Source of the DNA: Haliotis cracherodii
Lineage: Eukaryota
Direction: 5' to 3'
NCBI RefSeq assembly: GCF_022045235.1
Contig: NW_027266297.1
Coordinates: 744,001 to 808,000, forward strand
Length of the DNA stretch: 64,000 nucleotides
Below the pieces are notes generated by a model, which saw only the letters and a list, made by a program, of their open reading frames with translations, made no database searches and was not told the origin of the DNA. Below are positions 1 to 12,402 of the stretch, piece by piece; position 1 is the stretch's first letter, and each line of letters starts with the position of its first letter. The position numbers and the translations under genes were made by a program.

Positions 1-200
1 AGGACATAAAGGCTGCCACAGAGGCGTGGTTAGAGGGCCAATGAGCGAAATTTATATAAAAGTGGTATTAAAAGCTTGAAGGACAAATGGAATAAGCGTA
101 TTGAATTGAATGGAGATTACACTGAAAAATAAAAATGCAAAAGATATTCTGCTACTTGGTCATATATTGAAGTTGCAAAACTTATTGAACGCCCCTCGTA
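1..200 (+). mobile_element. 3' end of a decayed mariner/Tc1 transposon (transposase C-terminus plus right TIR)
   Basis: 3-44 reads DIKAATEAWLEGQ*. After a frameshift, 58-132 reads KSGIKSLKDKWNKRIELNGDYTEK*, the typical mariner C-terminus (GI..L..RW..CI...GDY.EK). Ends CTTATTGAACGCCCCTCG-TA, the reverse complement of a TACGAGGG-type mariner terminus with TA target. Confidence 0.8.
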
Positions 201-280
201 AGTAAAGATGGCTGTAATTGCAGCCATTTTTAATTTATCAACATGGAAAAAGACTGTTGCAGCAAGGGACACACTACAGT

Positions 281-1190
281 GGACATACGTACATGTAGCC
301 GAGGACATACGTACATGTGGCAGAGGACATACGTACATGTAGCCGAGGACATACGTACATGTGGCAGAGGACATACGTACATGTAGCAGAGGACATACGT
401 ACATGTGGCAGAGGACATACGTACATGTAGCAGAGGACATACGTACATGTGGCAGAGGACATACGTACATGTAGCCGAGGACATACGTACATGTGGCAGA
501 GGACATACGTACATGTGGCAGAGGACATACGTACATGTGGCAGAGGACATACGTACATGTAGCCGAGGACATACGTAAATGTGGCAGAGGACATACGTAC
601 ATGTAGCAGAGGACATACGTACATGTGGCAGAGGACATACGTACATGTGGCAGAGGACATACGTACATGTGGCAGAGGACATACTTACATGTGGCAGAGG
701 ACATACTTACATGTGGCAGAGGACATACGTACATGTGGCAGAGGACATGCGTACATGTGGCTGAGGACATACGTACATGTGGCAGAGGACATACGTACAT
801 GTGGCAGAGGACATACGTACATGTGGCAGAGGACATACGTACATGTGGCAGAGGACATACGTACATGTGGCAGAGGACATACGTACATGTAGCAGAGGAC
901 ATACGTACATGTGCCAGAGGACATACTTACATGTAGCAGAGGACATACATGTACTTACATGTGGCCGAGGACATACGTACATGTGGCCGAGGACATACGT
1001 ACATGTGGCCGAGGACATACGTACATGTGGCCGAGGACATACGTACATGTGGCAGAGGACATACATACATGTGGCAGAGGACATACGTACATGTGGTTGA
1101 GGACATACGTACATGTGGCTGAGGGCATACGTACATGTGGCTGAGGACATACGTACATGTGGCTGAGGGCATACGTACATGTGGCTGAGG
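281..1190. repeat. 22-bp tandem minisatellite (GGCAGAGGACATACGTACATGT), ~41 copies, NASP intron
   Basis: Direct periodicity. Explains the repetitive ORFs at 117-1251. Confidence 0.97.
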
Positions 1191-1768
1191 ACAGGACCTG
1201 GTTTTGGCCTTCAGCCATACTCACGGATGAACAACCAGATCGAGGTTCCATACGGTATTAATGCAACTACTTTTCCCCATTCTTACATGCACATAAATGT
1301 TAAAATAATGTCAGCAATTGTGTCAAACTTGTCCCACATTCTTCTAACATATAGAGAATCTCACCCCTCGTGTCTTTTGATATCAAATATATCAACGACA
1401 TGATGGTGAGATTGTATTTATCAACCAACATCATTCTTCCAACTTTTTCTCTTAAGTGTAAATAAAAAGTACTGCTTACAGCTTCAGTAGCAGAGCCATT
1501 GGTGATGTCATTTGATTGCGACCTCATGGTAACCAATGACATCAAAATGATCTGCAAAGCATTGTGATGCAAGTTCATTACAGCGATATCTACAGTGTAG
1601 ATATCGCTTGATCTCACTCCAGCGATATCTCCTGTGGGAGCCAGTTTTGGATGATAAATTTTATTTGCAAGAAAATGTGTTACCCTATAACTCTTCTGCT
1701 AGTAAACAAACATGGTTAGTTGGAGTGGAATGTGAAAAGACAAGCAGCATGCCGGTGCAGGGTGTAAC

Positions 1769-1958
1769 CAATGAAGTCCTGTACAAGAACAATGAAGTGC
1801 TGTACAAGAACAATGAAGTCCTGTACAAGAACAATGAAGTCCTGTACAAGAACAATGAAGTCCTGTACAAGAACAATGAAGTGCTGTATAAGAACAATGA
1901 AGTGCTGTACAAGAACAATGAAGTGCTGTACAAGAACAATGAAGTGCTGTACAAGAAC
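1769..1958. repeat. 21-bp tandem repeat (CAATGAAGTGCTGTACAAGAA), ~9 copies
   Basis: Direct periodicity. Confidence 0.95.
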
Positions 1959-2049
1959 GCTGTCAGTGTGTTGTGTCATCAAATAAAATAACAAGGTTAG
2001 CCAAAACCATTTGCCTGGTAATCTTAGAACCAATGTCCACCTTTCTCAC

Positions 2050-5000
2050 TTGTTTCCATAGCTTCCTCATCGTCAGCTTCCATTTTCTCCTCCTTCTTTG
2101 CTTCTGTGGCAGCATCCTCCTTCACTTCTTTGTCTCCCTCTCCTTTTGCAGCCACATCAGTTTTTCCATCACCATCTTTCTTATTGTCGCCTTCTATTTT
2201 GGCGTCCCCATCTTTCTTGGCGTCGCCTTCTGTTTTGGCGTCCCCATCTTTCTTGGCGTCGCCTTCTGTTTTAGCGTCGCCTTCTGTTTTGGCGTCGCCT
2301 TCTGTTTTGGCGTCCCCATCTTTCTTGGCGTCGCCTTCTGTTTTGGCATCCCCATCTTTCTTGGCGTCATCTTCTGTTTTGGCATCCCCATCTTTCTTGG
2401 CGTCGCCTTCTGTTTTGGCATCCCCATCTTTCTTGGCTTCGCCTTCTGTTTTAGCCTCGCCATCCTTGGCATCAGGATCTTTCTTGGCATCAGGATCTTT
2501 TGTGTCAGCATCTTTAGTATCTGTTGATTTAGATTCCTTTTCTGTAGACTCATCTTTCTTTTCCTCGTCTTTCCTTGTTTCCCCAGCCTCCATGTCGGTG
2601 CCTTGTTTGGCAGCTTTGTCATCTGTTTCCATGTCCTCCCCCGCCGTCTCCCCCTCCCCTTCGGTCTTGTCACCCTTCTTCCCCTCCCCTTCGGTCTTGT
2701 CACCCTTCTCTGCTGCACATTCTTTCACAATTTCGTCAGTATTTTCACTATTTTTCACCTTTTCTAAAACTTTTTCTTCTATATTTGCATTTTTTTCTGT
2801 TAAAACTTTATCAGTTTTATTTTTGGAACCATCCTTATCAGTCTTTGTATTTTCTACATTCTCCTTGTCCTCCATGTCTACATCCATGCCGCCATCCTCC
2901 GCCTTCTTCACATCCGTCTTATCTTTCTCAGACATGGCATCATATATCTCCATTCTTAGCTTCTCCCTCTCCTCTCCTGTTGAACATCCAGACTCAAAGT
3001 TACGTTGCAATTCAGGAACCAAAACAAAAGACTCCGGAACAGCCAAGACAAGTTACCATGGTTACTGACTCCTGCTAAAACTTGGGTCAGTATACAAGAA
3101 CCAATAATAACCAAGCAATCACATCTCATTTCACATTAACATCCAAAAACTTCATGCAATGTGTTTCACTGTTCCTAGATGGACCATTCTGCCATATTGC
3201 TGGCATAGATCTCACAAGTCAAATACATTCAGTGGTGAGAGTTGATCTGCCATATTGCTGGCATAGATCTCACAAGTCAAATACATTCAGTGGCGAGAGT
3301 TGATCTGCCATATTGCTAGCATAGATCTCACAAGTCAAATACATTTAGTGGTGACAGTTGATCTGCCATATTGCTGGCATAGATCTCACAAGTCAAATAC
3401 ATTCAGTGGCGAGAGTTGATCTGCCATATTGCTGGCATAGATCTCATGGCAAAGGCAATCAGTAGTGAGAGTTGATTTGCGCAGTACTAGACAATATTTC
3501 AGCTTTATCACTGCAGATATTATCTTGGCTATGCAAACAAGTGGTTGATCGATGTCCCATGACATCAGTTGTCGATGTCCCACAGATGGACCATGTTCAG
3601 GGTGGCGGGATCTCGACCTGGAACCTTCTACAGGGCAGTCCTCAGGTCCTCAGGTCCCACCAACCTGCCCATGCTGCCACTACCAGTCACTACGGACACA
3701 GAAATACTAAAGCAATGCCAAAGTCCAGAAGCAGAGGAGAAAGGAAGACAAAAAGCAACATTTGTCAAAATTCATGTCCAACTGTTTCCACACCGGGGTC
3801 CCCGAGTCCAAACTTTGCTCGCAGCATTCTCTACAGTTTCACATTTTAACACTAGGATCCTAAACTTTTCAAACCTGATTAACCATCCCAAAACTCTTTC
3901 ATGCTAAAAATAAACCGTTCGAACCAAGCAGAATTGTTAAAAATGTGAAAGCTTACAATATCAAATGAAATTTAACACAATGGTGACCCTGTGTTCGGTC
4001 TCGTGGTACTAGTGACAGGCAGCCTACTGTTAAGCACGGCATTCTTTCTAAAACAATCAACTGCACCTGACGAGCAATGGATGGACAAATTATTCAAAAA
4101 AATATTGCATGCCAAAGATTGGTCTAAACTTTAAAGTAAATGCTAATACTAAAACTACAGTGTTCCCTCGCTATTGTTCCCTTCAAATTCAATATGGCAC
4201 TAACTATAGTAACGTGCAGTAACGGATGACAACACCATCATATTTGTGGCAATTGACTTTCATGTCAACATGACATTTTCAAAATCGAAATGTACGTAGC
4301 GTGAGAGGTCTCCATGGTGACTGGTCAAATTGTTACGCGTTTAAAAACATATTTAGCAATGGCATCAGCGTTACCAAAGTGACATGCTTATGGTTCTAGT
4401 AATCATAAACATGTAAAATAGCACGACTAAAATAACACCTGACAAAATAATTTCAGATACAATTTCTTCAACATTTGATTAAAGTTCTTTGATGTTGTGT
4501 CATTGGGTAGTTAACTAACTAACTAGTAGATTGTGAGATAACGGGTTTACTGCTGATGGCTTTTTCCAGCTTAGTTGACAAGAAATACACTCTGTAATCT
4601 TTCATTTCTGCATAAAAAACAATGCCTTGTAGAGCGGTAAATACAACTTGTAATGGTGAATCATCATGTCTAGTTATTGACCAATGTTTGTTCGTTCACC
4701 TGAACTACCTGAAGGGATACGATGTAGGTTTTTTCTGTGCATAACACTCAATAAATGTATGCTAACACTATTAATCATAAACAACTACTATGTTTTAATC
4801 TTTTTTCAAACTCTGACGTGCAGCGCACTTTGTGACAGGTAGGCTGTGCATGTACTGTCGTGTTGATCATCAACCCCTAGCCTTGCTCAACACCATCCCT
4901 GTCATTTCTGATGGCCACTGTATCCACGACAACCCCCAGCCTTGCTCAACACCATCCCTGTCATTTCTGATGGCCACTGTATCCACGACAACCCCCAGCC

Positions 5001-8000
5001 TTGCTCAACACCATCCCTGTCATTTCTGATGGCCACTGTATCCACGACAACCCCCAGCCTTGCTCAACACCATCCCTGTCATTTCTGATGGCCACTGTAT
5101 CCACAACAACCCCCAGCCTTGCTCAACACCATCCCTGTCATTTCTGATGGCCACTGTATCCATGCCAACCACCGGACTTAGTCTCGCTGAAGGATGGAGG
5201 CTTTACTCACCTTCAAGATTTTCGGGTTTCTCAAACTGTTCATTTTTTGCTGCCTCCTTCTCCTCCCCATCATCTTCTGTGTCAACATCAACTGCAGAAT
5301 GTCAGTTTCCATGGTTACAATGTCATGCCAGAATGTTTAGCTATCACTGTGGTAAGTCATAATCAAAGAAAGAGCAAAGGAGTACTGAACATGGTTTGCA
5401 CTGAGAAACAGATCTCCAGGACTGAAGAGTTCTTATGGCTGCCTTCATATACAAACAATGTTACATGTAACAGAACAAATATTAACAAGGGCAAAAAACA
5501 CAGCAACCTACAGCGACCATTCAATAACTATCAACTGTTCAGATCTCACAGTAGAAAACGTGACTCGGGTGTATCTGGGGGCCACAGCTTAAGGCAAAGA
5601 TTGTTTAGCTCAGTAATAATGGATCATAGACACTGAAGTGATTTAATACCACACCTCCTTGCAAAGCGTTGCCCAGGACCCCGGTCTCCATGCGAGCCAG
5701 GTCCAGCAGCGACTGCCCGTAACAGAAGTAGGCCTCGGCACACTCCGCCGCCGTCTCCCCGTACTGCTTGGCCCTGGCAACAACAGATTCAAATACTTAC
5801 AGGAGTTCCATGAAGATCTGCGGGTAGAATTGGTCTTGTGCTTGTTGTAAGAGGTAACTAACAGGTAGTAAAGCTCGGACTTGGTTGATGCATATCAGCT
5901 GCGACGACTGATGCTCATGATGTCAATCACTGGACTGTCTTGTCCAAGTTTGATTATTTACTGACCGTCGTCACAGAGCTGGCTTACTGCAGAATGTGAC
6001 GTTAAACAACAAACTACATATATGTCAGAAGGCACTACACTTGTAACCTAGGGAACAGATACGTTCAGTCATAACATCATCATGAAAGAATGGAAACTCA
6101 ACTAAATGAGCACTGGCTCCTTGTTTACCAGGGACAACCTGTGTATGTTTACCAGGGGCAACCCGTGTGTGTGTACCAGGGGCAACCCGTGTGTGTTTAC
6201 CAGGGGCAACCCGTGTGTGTGTACCAGGGGCAACCCGTGTGTGTGTACCAGGGGCAACTCGTGTGTTTACCAGGGGCAACCCGTGTGTGTTTCCCAGGGG
6301 CAACCCATGTGTGTTTCCCAGAGGCAACCTATGTGTGTTTACCAGGGGCAACCCGTGTGTGTTTACCAGGGGCAACCCGTGTGTGTTTACCAGGGGCAAC
6401 CCGTGTGTATGTACCAGGGGCAACCTGTGTGTATTTACCACGGGCAACTCTTGTGTTTACTCAGGGCAACCTGTGTTTATTCTGGGCAACCCGTGTGTTT
6501 ACTCACAGCATGGCACATGCCTCCTGGAACTGGTTGACAGCCACTGGGATCTCGCCACAGATGATGTTCCTCTTGCCTTGGGCCAGCATGTTGATAGCCA
6601 ACTTGGTCTCGTCAACATTCTCACCAACTTTCTCGACAACTTTCTCATCAGGTGCTTCCTCCTTCGCACTGAAGATAAACAATTATAGGATAAACAGGTC
6701 AGCAAGCAATTTCAGACTCATACTATGACAACCTGTCAAGTATTGCACCATCTCATCCATGAGCGGAGTTCTCTACCTGGCTCCCCAGGGTACATTTTGC
6801 TAGTGTGTTCAACATGCATCCAGCTTCTTACCTCACCTATCAAAATGTTTCCTTTTGTGCCCAGGTTACCATGTACTGAAGCATCAGGTCTCAAAGTTTA
6901 AATATTTACCAAGCAGCCATATGGCTACAAGTAGTTTTTAACAGGTAGCCAGTGGTAAAATCAAGAGATAAGCCAACATTGTAGGAAGGGGAAAGCATTT
7001 GAAATTATCTTTTATCAAAAAACTATTATATGTACAAGTCATAGCACTAGTCTTGGAATTGCATATTAGTGGAAACTGTACTTGAGTTTTGTTATTTGTG
7101 TCTCGAACAATGATGCAATTTAGATAATATAGGTATATACTTGCTTATCAAATAAACTTACCAACTAAAATAAAATACTAATGACATTAATATTTATGTA
7201 TTTCGGTTCATTGTTGACTTAAGGAGGAATTTTTTGCGAGTATAATTAGTAAGACGTGTCTTCCAAGATCAACTGTCATTTATTTTCTGCAGTCTGCAGA
7301 AGTCACAAGATATTTTTCAAGGTAGTCATTTGGCTACCTCTGTATTTCAGACAGTAGACAAATTGAAATTTAGGTCGCATAGGCTACAGTTTTAGTCGCA
7401 ACTTTAAGGCCTGAGCTAGTGAGCACTGAAGGCTTCCGGCATTTACGCCACCACAAACTTTATGGTCGCAGTTCACGCAGACAATTTGTGTAGAAGCTAC
7501 ACTCGGTTAACTGGAATGTTGCCATTTAGTAATCCCACAGATGATATCCTCACCTTGTCAGCTTGATGGCGGGGTTAACCTCTTTGGACATGTGGACAAG
7601 GCATCCGACCTCGGACCTACCTTTAGAATACAGTACCACAAACTTTTCAAACACATGACAATACCCAATGACGGAATTTGTAGTATTTTGTTGCCAGTCA
7701 CACAGGCGAAACAATGCCCTGTGACGTCAGTGATTTACGTGTTATCGCGGTAGTTAATTTATAATGGATTGTAATGGGGTACGTTTACAAACTTATTGAA
7801 TGTGTGATTTACAAAATGTTTGTTGTTCATTGGATTGAACGATGCTGATTTTCTTTAACGAGTTTGGTAAACAAAGTACCTGTCATTGGTGAATCTTATC
7901 GCAGTAAGTAAAGCTGTGTGGATTATATGGTTTACATCACTTTCTGTTTTTGTATTTTGCATACGACCAAGGTTTGGTCAAGGGACTTCGTTTGAATAAA

Positions 8001-11000
8001 TGGGTTCTTTTTCTAATCCGTTTCGAATGGAGGTAGGGGTAATTCCACTTCAAAACATCCCAGAAACTATCTGAAAAAAGTTAACGTGTGTACAAGTAGC
8101 TGTGACATACCGCAATGAGTCCTGTATTCAATCATGCAATGAAATATATCGTGCTTAGATTTGCCTAAATAAACAGTCGACAGGTTGTATGGATTATGAG
8201 ATTTATCGATACCGCGATACTGTATATGATAGAGAATAAATGCGAACAGTTGAATGTAAGCATTGTTTTTATTTAGGGGACTCTGAGTATTTAGTTATTC
8301 TACAACAGAATTATCAAGCTGATAATAATTCAATCTCTTGTGAGTTATATTAAGAATTGCAATTGTTATTCTTCCCCGCCCTTTAGGCGCGGAAGTATAC
8401 GGGAAACGTTAATTTTGTAGCATGTATGTTGACATGTTGGTTTATTTGAAATTTCAAGCTACGCATTTACGGAAACAAAACAAATCATGTGCGTGGAATG
8501 TTGATGCTATTCTTTTCCAGCAATAAGAGATACTTCAAAATCGTCTATATGTAGCTAATTGATGCATCTGACCGTTTCTGGTCGTTAGCTGACATTGTTA
8601 AACCATTCATGTGTAATCTGACGTCCTTTTTTCCTCAAGGACTAATTTTCTGATTTTCACGGTGCATACAAAAGAAGAACTGTGCTCCGGAGATCGTAAA
8701 TAACAGCATAATATAAAATATGTTCTGAGTGTTTACTCATGAACAACGACAACATTTCAATTTAAATGTAATATGGCTGAATTCCACATTCTACATACCA
8801 CACTTTTGATTGCTTGGATGCTCATGTACACTGGAAATATTTGGAATAGTAATATTCCGTATTTTGAATTAACCCAGTCCCCAGTGTGCGGCGTTAATCA
8901 GTGCACCGCACATAGCCACATGTGAAACGTTTGGTAGCAAAGTCGAAGCAAAATCGGAGTAGTCTGTCGGCGAATTTGCATCAAGGCTGTAGTATTTTTC
9001 ATTCGTTTAATGGAATTCAATGTACAGCCGTAGCTCTGGTCGCTATCATATATTTTGTGTCCCATGGCTCAAATTTATTTGCGTCTGTACCGTGTTCCAC
9101 TGACCTCGATAATCTGTTGGATGAAGGCACAGCTCTCTACAGCCACAAAGTTATCACCGAAGGCTATGAGGGGTATTTAGGTCATAATCAGTTTTATGGC
9201 CCCGTCACATGTGCTCCAAATATTGAAGCACGGAAAACAAATTTTATAGAATCATTTCAACAAGCAATATTGATATCCCAGTCACTTTTGGTAACTTTAA
9301 ATGTCTCTATTGCAATTTTTACGGATTTTGATTCGTATGCATTATTTGACTCATCAGCGGAATGGTTTGGGTCAGACTCATCCGAATGGACAAGCAGTTT
9401 TACTTCTGTTTAGTAGTATGGATGAACTGTTATGTTACATCTGAACAGTATATCAGGCGACTATGCTTCTCATAAGAGGCGACTAATGGGATTGGGTGGT
9501 CAGGCTTTGGTTGATGCATGGCATCGATCCCAATTGCGTGGATCAATGCTCATGATATTAATCACTGGATTGTCAGGTCCAGACTCGATTATTTACAGAA
9601 CGCCGTTATATAGCTGGAATATTGCTGAGTGCTGCGTTAAACGACAAACTAATCAATCATCATCATATGAACTCAAACCAGTCATTGTTACAAGTAAACC
9701 ACATTCCACAACAGTTACGGACACTGGATAAAAAAACAGTACATAGAAAAAGACCAAGTAACTCAACTCATCATGATCACAATTACTTTTCTTTGAAAGA
9801 AAGAAATACAAAAAGGAAACTGACCACAAAACGTAAAAGAAGAGACGAGGAATCTCTGTTATTGATTAGTCCCGGTATTGAAATGTTCTCCAACTACTTG
9901 ATAATATTTTGAGTATGTGCATCTGTGATTGTGACAAAGAGACCTTATCTAGTATGACTTTTTTGCCATATGGAGCCCTTAGTATTTTCATTTACATTAT
10001 TATAACCAAATGCCAAGTGTAAAAAGAATGTGATCTATTATTTGAGTAGGTTCATCTGCCAATGTTGTTGGCAGTTTTGATACTATTTCCACTTGTTTAC
10101 ATTTGTGCCAGAAATTGCTTCCATTTCCTTCGATCTACTTTTTAAATAATGACCCAGGTTAGAATAGGTCTTCAGCAACCCATGCTTGCCGTAAGAGGCG
10201 ACAACAGGATTGGGTAGTCAGGCTCGCAAATTTGGTCGATGCATAACATCATATTCCAATTGCGTAGTTCGATGCTCTTGGTGTCAATCACTGGATTATA
10301 TGGCTGGAATACTGCTGAGTGCGGCATTAAACAAGAAACTAATTTTAAATAGACCTACCCTATACAAATGTATCAACTGTATTGCCCAATACTCAAAAAT
10401 AATATTTTTTTCCACAACAGCGTTGTGTTATTTGTGGTTAATTTAATTATGCTCCTTCATGCCTTTCAGTAACATCCTAATTATGCGTTTGTGAGGCATC
10501 CATAATTATGCGTTTGTGAGGCATCACATATGGCGGGGAACTTTGATGCTCTGCATCAATGTTTTCTTGTTAGTGTAACTGACATGTTTAAACATTTATA
10601 GCACCTGAAACATGTTGACAAGATTTAGCAAGGAAATGCTGGATCCTGAACATACTCTGACTAAAAAAACGTTTGATATGCCAATTATGTTATGACTCAT
10701 TGATAATTGTGACAGTTACATGAACTCACTAGTCAGCACAGTGGCATCAGAACAGCCATTGAACTTGACTGAATCCATAAACTTCAAATCATTGGTAGAT
10801 TTCTAGATCTAGATATAAACATTCACAAATGTCTGCCCCAATGACCCCCTACCAATGGCTAATAACCTGTGTACTGCCTTTTCATTTACGAAGTTAGATA
10901 TTAACATGGATAATTTTGTGTTAAAATATTCATTATTATCAAATGTCCCTTTTAAGAAATTGTTTGTCCCTTAACGTAAACCTCTTGGTCATGAGAGCAG

Positions 11001-12054
11001 GATCTGCCCTGATGTGAACCTTTCTCTCACTTTGCCTGTTTGTTGATATTTTGCAGTTGGGAAAAGAATTCTGATTTTTCACAACCACTGGGTTCTGTTG
11101 TTAATGTTATGTTATAATGCTCTAAATCGGACCTCTCTATTTTTGTTTGAGACCCCTATTTTTATGATGAAGGGGTCCAAGTGACCCCAAGAAAATTTAA
11201 GCCAGAGCAGACACTGCATGTCATTCACGCATACTTGCGAGTTCAACGCCTGACGCCTGGAGCCGTTTTTTCAGTCCGCGCCATATTGGCTCATTCCTGA
11301 CCACTCGGTATCTTGTAGATAACAGAATAGGACGAGTGCGCCAAATGGCATCGGGATCATTTGTGAGTGTCTGTAGACTAAAAAAGTCACAAGACACCAT
11401 GCTTACCCGTAACCTTCGTAAGTGTCCATCACCTATTCGAACCCTTTTCGTTCAGTTCCATTAAGTCATAGGCAGGACTAGGTATATTTGCACTTGTTTT
11501 CACGGTGTGGACATAGCTCAGTCGGTCAGCTGTCAGGCTACCAATCCGAAGGTCGTGGGTCCGACGGATTCTCACAAAAAGATGTGACCTAGGGTGAGAT
11601 CGTCTTCACCTGAAGTTGTGGTGCTGTATTCTAAAGGTACTCCGAATCCAGTGCCGTAGCCAAGGGGGGCAGCAGTAGAACAATTTTCCTTGTAAAGTTA
11701 ACTGGAACTTGATACTTGTACAAATGTCTTCATACATTGAACCCATGTCGGGAATCGAACCCGGGTCTTCGGCGTGACGAGCGAACGCTTTAACCACTAG
11801 ACTACCCGACCGCCCCCAAAATCTTTCAGATAAACTATCCCAGGCTAATAGAAAGAGCTCTGATTCGAGTCATGTCGCCGGTGACTTCCTTCTCCAAAAC
11901 TGAACAGCCAAATGCTGTTCATAGAAAATAAACAATCAAGCTGAGCCAAAATAGGAACTAAAGTATTGAATGTAGGTTGTGTTGCTATGCGTTTCAACTG
12001 CGTAACAGAATACCTTTCTTGTGTTACTGCGGGTGTCTTTTCTTCGGTGGCCAT
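2050..12054 (-). CDS. NASP: Nuclear autoantigenic sperm protein (histone chaperone NASP), 5' part. Exons complement(12014-12054, 6507-6668, 5655-5773, 5211-5291, 2050-2976); gene continues off the left edge
   Basis: Spliced translation [20 protein letters not shown]...[67 protein letters not shown]...[15 protein letters not shown] plus a long acidic region matches NASP TPR1-2 and the acidic insert. All junctions are GT-AG with consistent phase. The last donor could be after 2050 (GTGAGA) or 2041 (GTGGAC); both are phase 1. Confidence 0.93.
3188..3480. repeat. ~58-bp tandem repeat (GTTGATCTGCCATATTGCTGGCATAGATCTCACAAGTC...), ~4.5 copies
   Basis: Direct periodicity. Confidence 0.9.
4871..5162. 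repeat. 59-bp tandem repeat, 5 copies
   Basis: CAACCCCCAGCCTTGCTCAACACCATCCCTGTCATTTCTGATGGCCACTGTATCCACGA repeated. Confidence 0.95.
5810..6013 (+). mobile_element. SINE-like family A copy (degenerate)
   Basis: Shares GAAGATC..GGTAGAATTGGTCTT, GATGCTCATGATGTCAATCACTGGA and GTTAAACAACAAAC tail with other copies in the window. Confidence 0.75.
6121..6500. repeat. 24-bp tandem repeat (TTTACCAGGGGCAACCCGTGTGTG), ~16 copies, abutting NASP exon-2 donor
   Basis: Direct periodicity. Confidence 0.95.
6885..7413. mobile_element. Possible non-autonomous hAT-like MITE
   Basis: Imperfect TIRs CAGGTCTCAAAGTT ... AACTTTAAGGCCTG with internal GGCTAC/GTAGCC motifs. No clear TSD. Confidence 0.45.
7529..7615 (+). 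mobile_element. Fragment of the tRNA-Arg-containing LTR-like element (paralogue of 48961-50371, without the MULE insertion)
   Basis: ATCCCACAGATGATATCCTCACCTTGTCAGCTTGATGGCGGGGTTAACCTCTTTGGACATGTGGACAAGGCATCCGAC aligns to 48978-48996 joined to 50247-50307. Confidence 0.75.
8922..9900 (+). pseudogene. Decayed viral-tegument-like deubiquitinase (peptidase C76 / VTD) domain, probably a Helitron remnant, interrupted by a SINE
   Basis: [19 protein letters not shown]...[13 protein letters not shown]...ALFD[S], then after a frameshift [30 protein letters not shown], and after the [12 protein letters not shown]. These are the HQG, GxQC, LD..L..G..LY and FDxH motifs of the herpes UL36/BPLF1-type DUB fold. 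Confidence 0.75.
9455..9660 (+). mobile_element. SINE-like family A copy (5'-truncated)
   Basis: TAAGAGGCGACTAATGGGATTGGGTGGTCAGGCT...TAGCTGGAATATTGCTGAGTGCTGCGTTAAAC. Confidence 0.85.
10150..10340 (+). mobile_element. SINE-like family A copy
   Basis: GGTTAGAATAGGTCTTCAGCAACCCATGCTTGCCGTAAGAGGCGAC...GCTGAGTGCGGCATTAAAC. Confidence 0.85.
11738..11817 (-). mobile_element. tRNA-derived SINE family B, head fragment
   Basis: Reverse complement GGGGCGGTCGGGTAGTCTAGTGGTTAAAGCGTTCGCTCGTCACGCCGAAGACCCGGGTTCGATTCCCGACATGGG (A and B boxes), same as 52338. Confidence 0.85.
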
Positions 12055-12402
12055 CTTGATGAGGAGACTGACTGAGTTGTAAGCCCGTGCACAATGTGTT
12101 GGAAGAAAAGCATGAAACTTCGCGCGTAATCTTTGTCACCTGGATACTCTCTAACCAGACCTCTTTTAGCACGTACAGAATATATCTTCATCATTAATAT
12201 TACTTAAGCAATAAACGTAGAAAGAGTTATGACATAGGTTGATATATGTAGGAATTATTTAGGTGATAGTAAAAGTAAATGTTCAATAACATATGGATTT
12301 AGAGTATTTATCAGTCTACGCAAAAAGTCATGACGTCAGGACCTCTTTCACAGCGGCCATCATAAGGACCTCGTGGGATTGAATTTGTCCCGCATTGTTG
12401 AG
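12055..12402. promoter_or_regulatory. Bidirectional promoter NASP/BTF3 with CRE and TCT/5'TOP-like initiator; probable BTF3 non-coding exon 1 (~12343-12402)
   Basis: TGACGTCA at 12331-12338. CCTCTTTC at 12342-12349 (TCT motif typical of translation-related genes). Donor GAG|GTATTT near 12402. E2F-like TTCGCGCG at ~12119. Confidence 0.6.

Noticed and set aside
117-1251. Cys/His-rich ORFs resembling zinc-finger or metallothionein repeats
   Set aside because: Translations of the 22-bp minisatellite.
1973-3078. Plus-strand ORFs of 167-320 aa
   Set aside because: Antisense shadows of the low-complexity NASP exon.
11507-11570. tRNA gene (TAGCTCAGTCGG A box)
   Set aside because: B box is degenerate and there is no acceptor stem; probably a SINE head relic.
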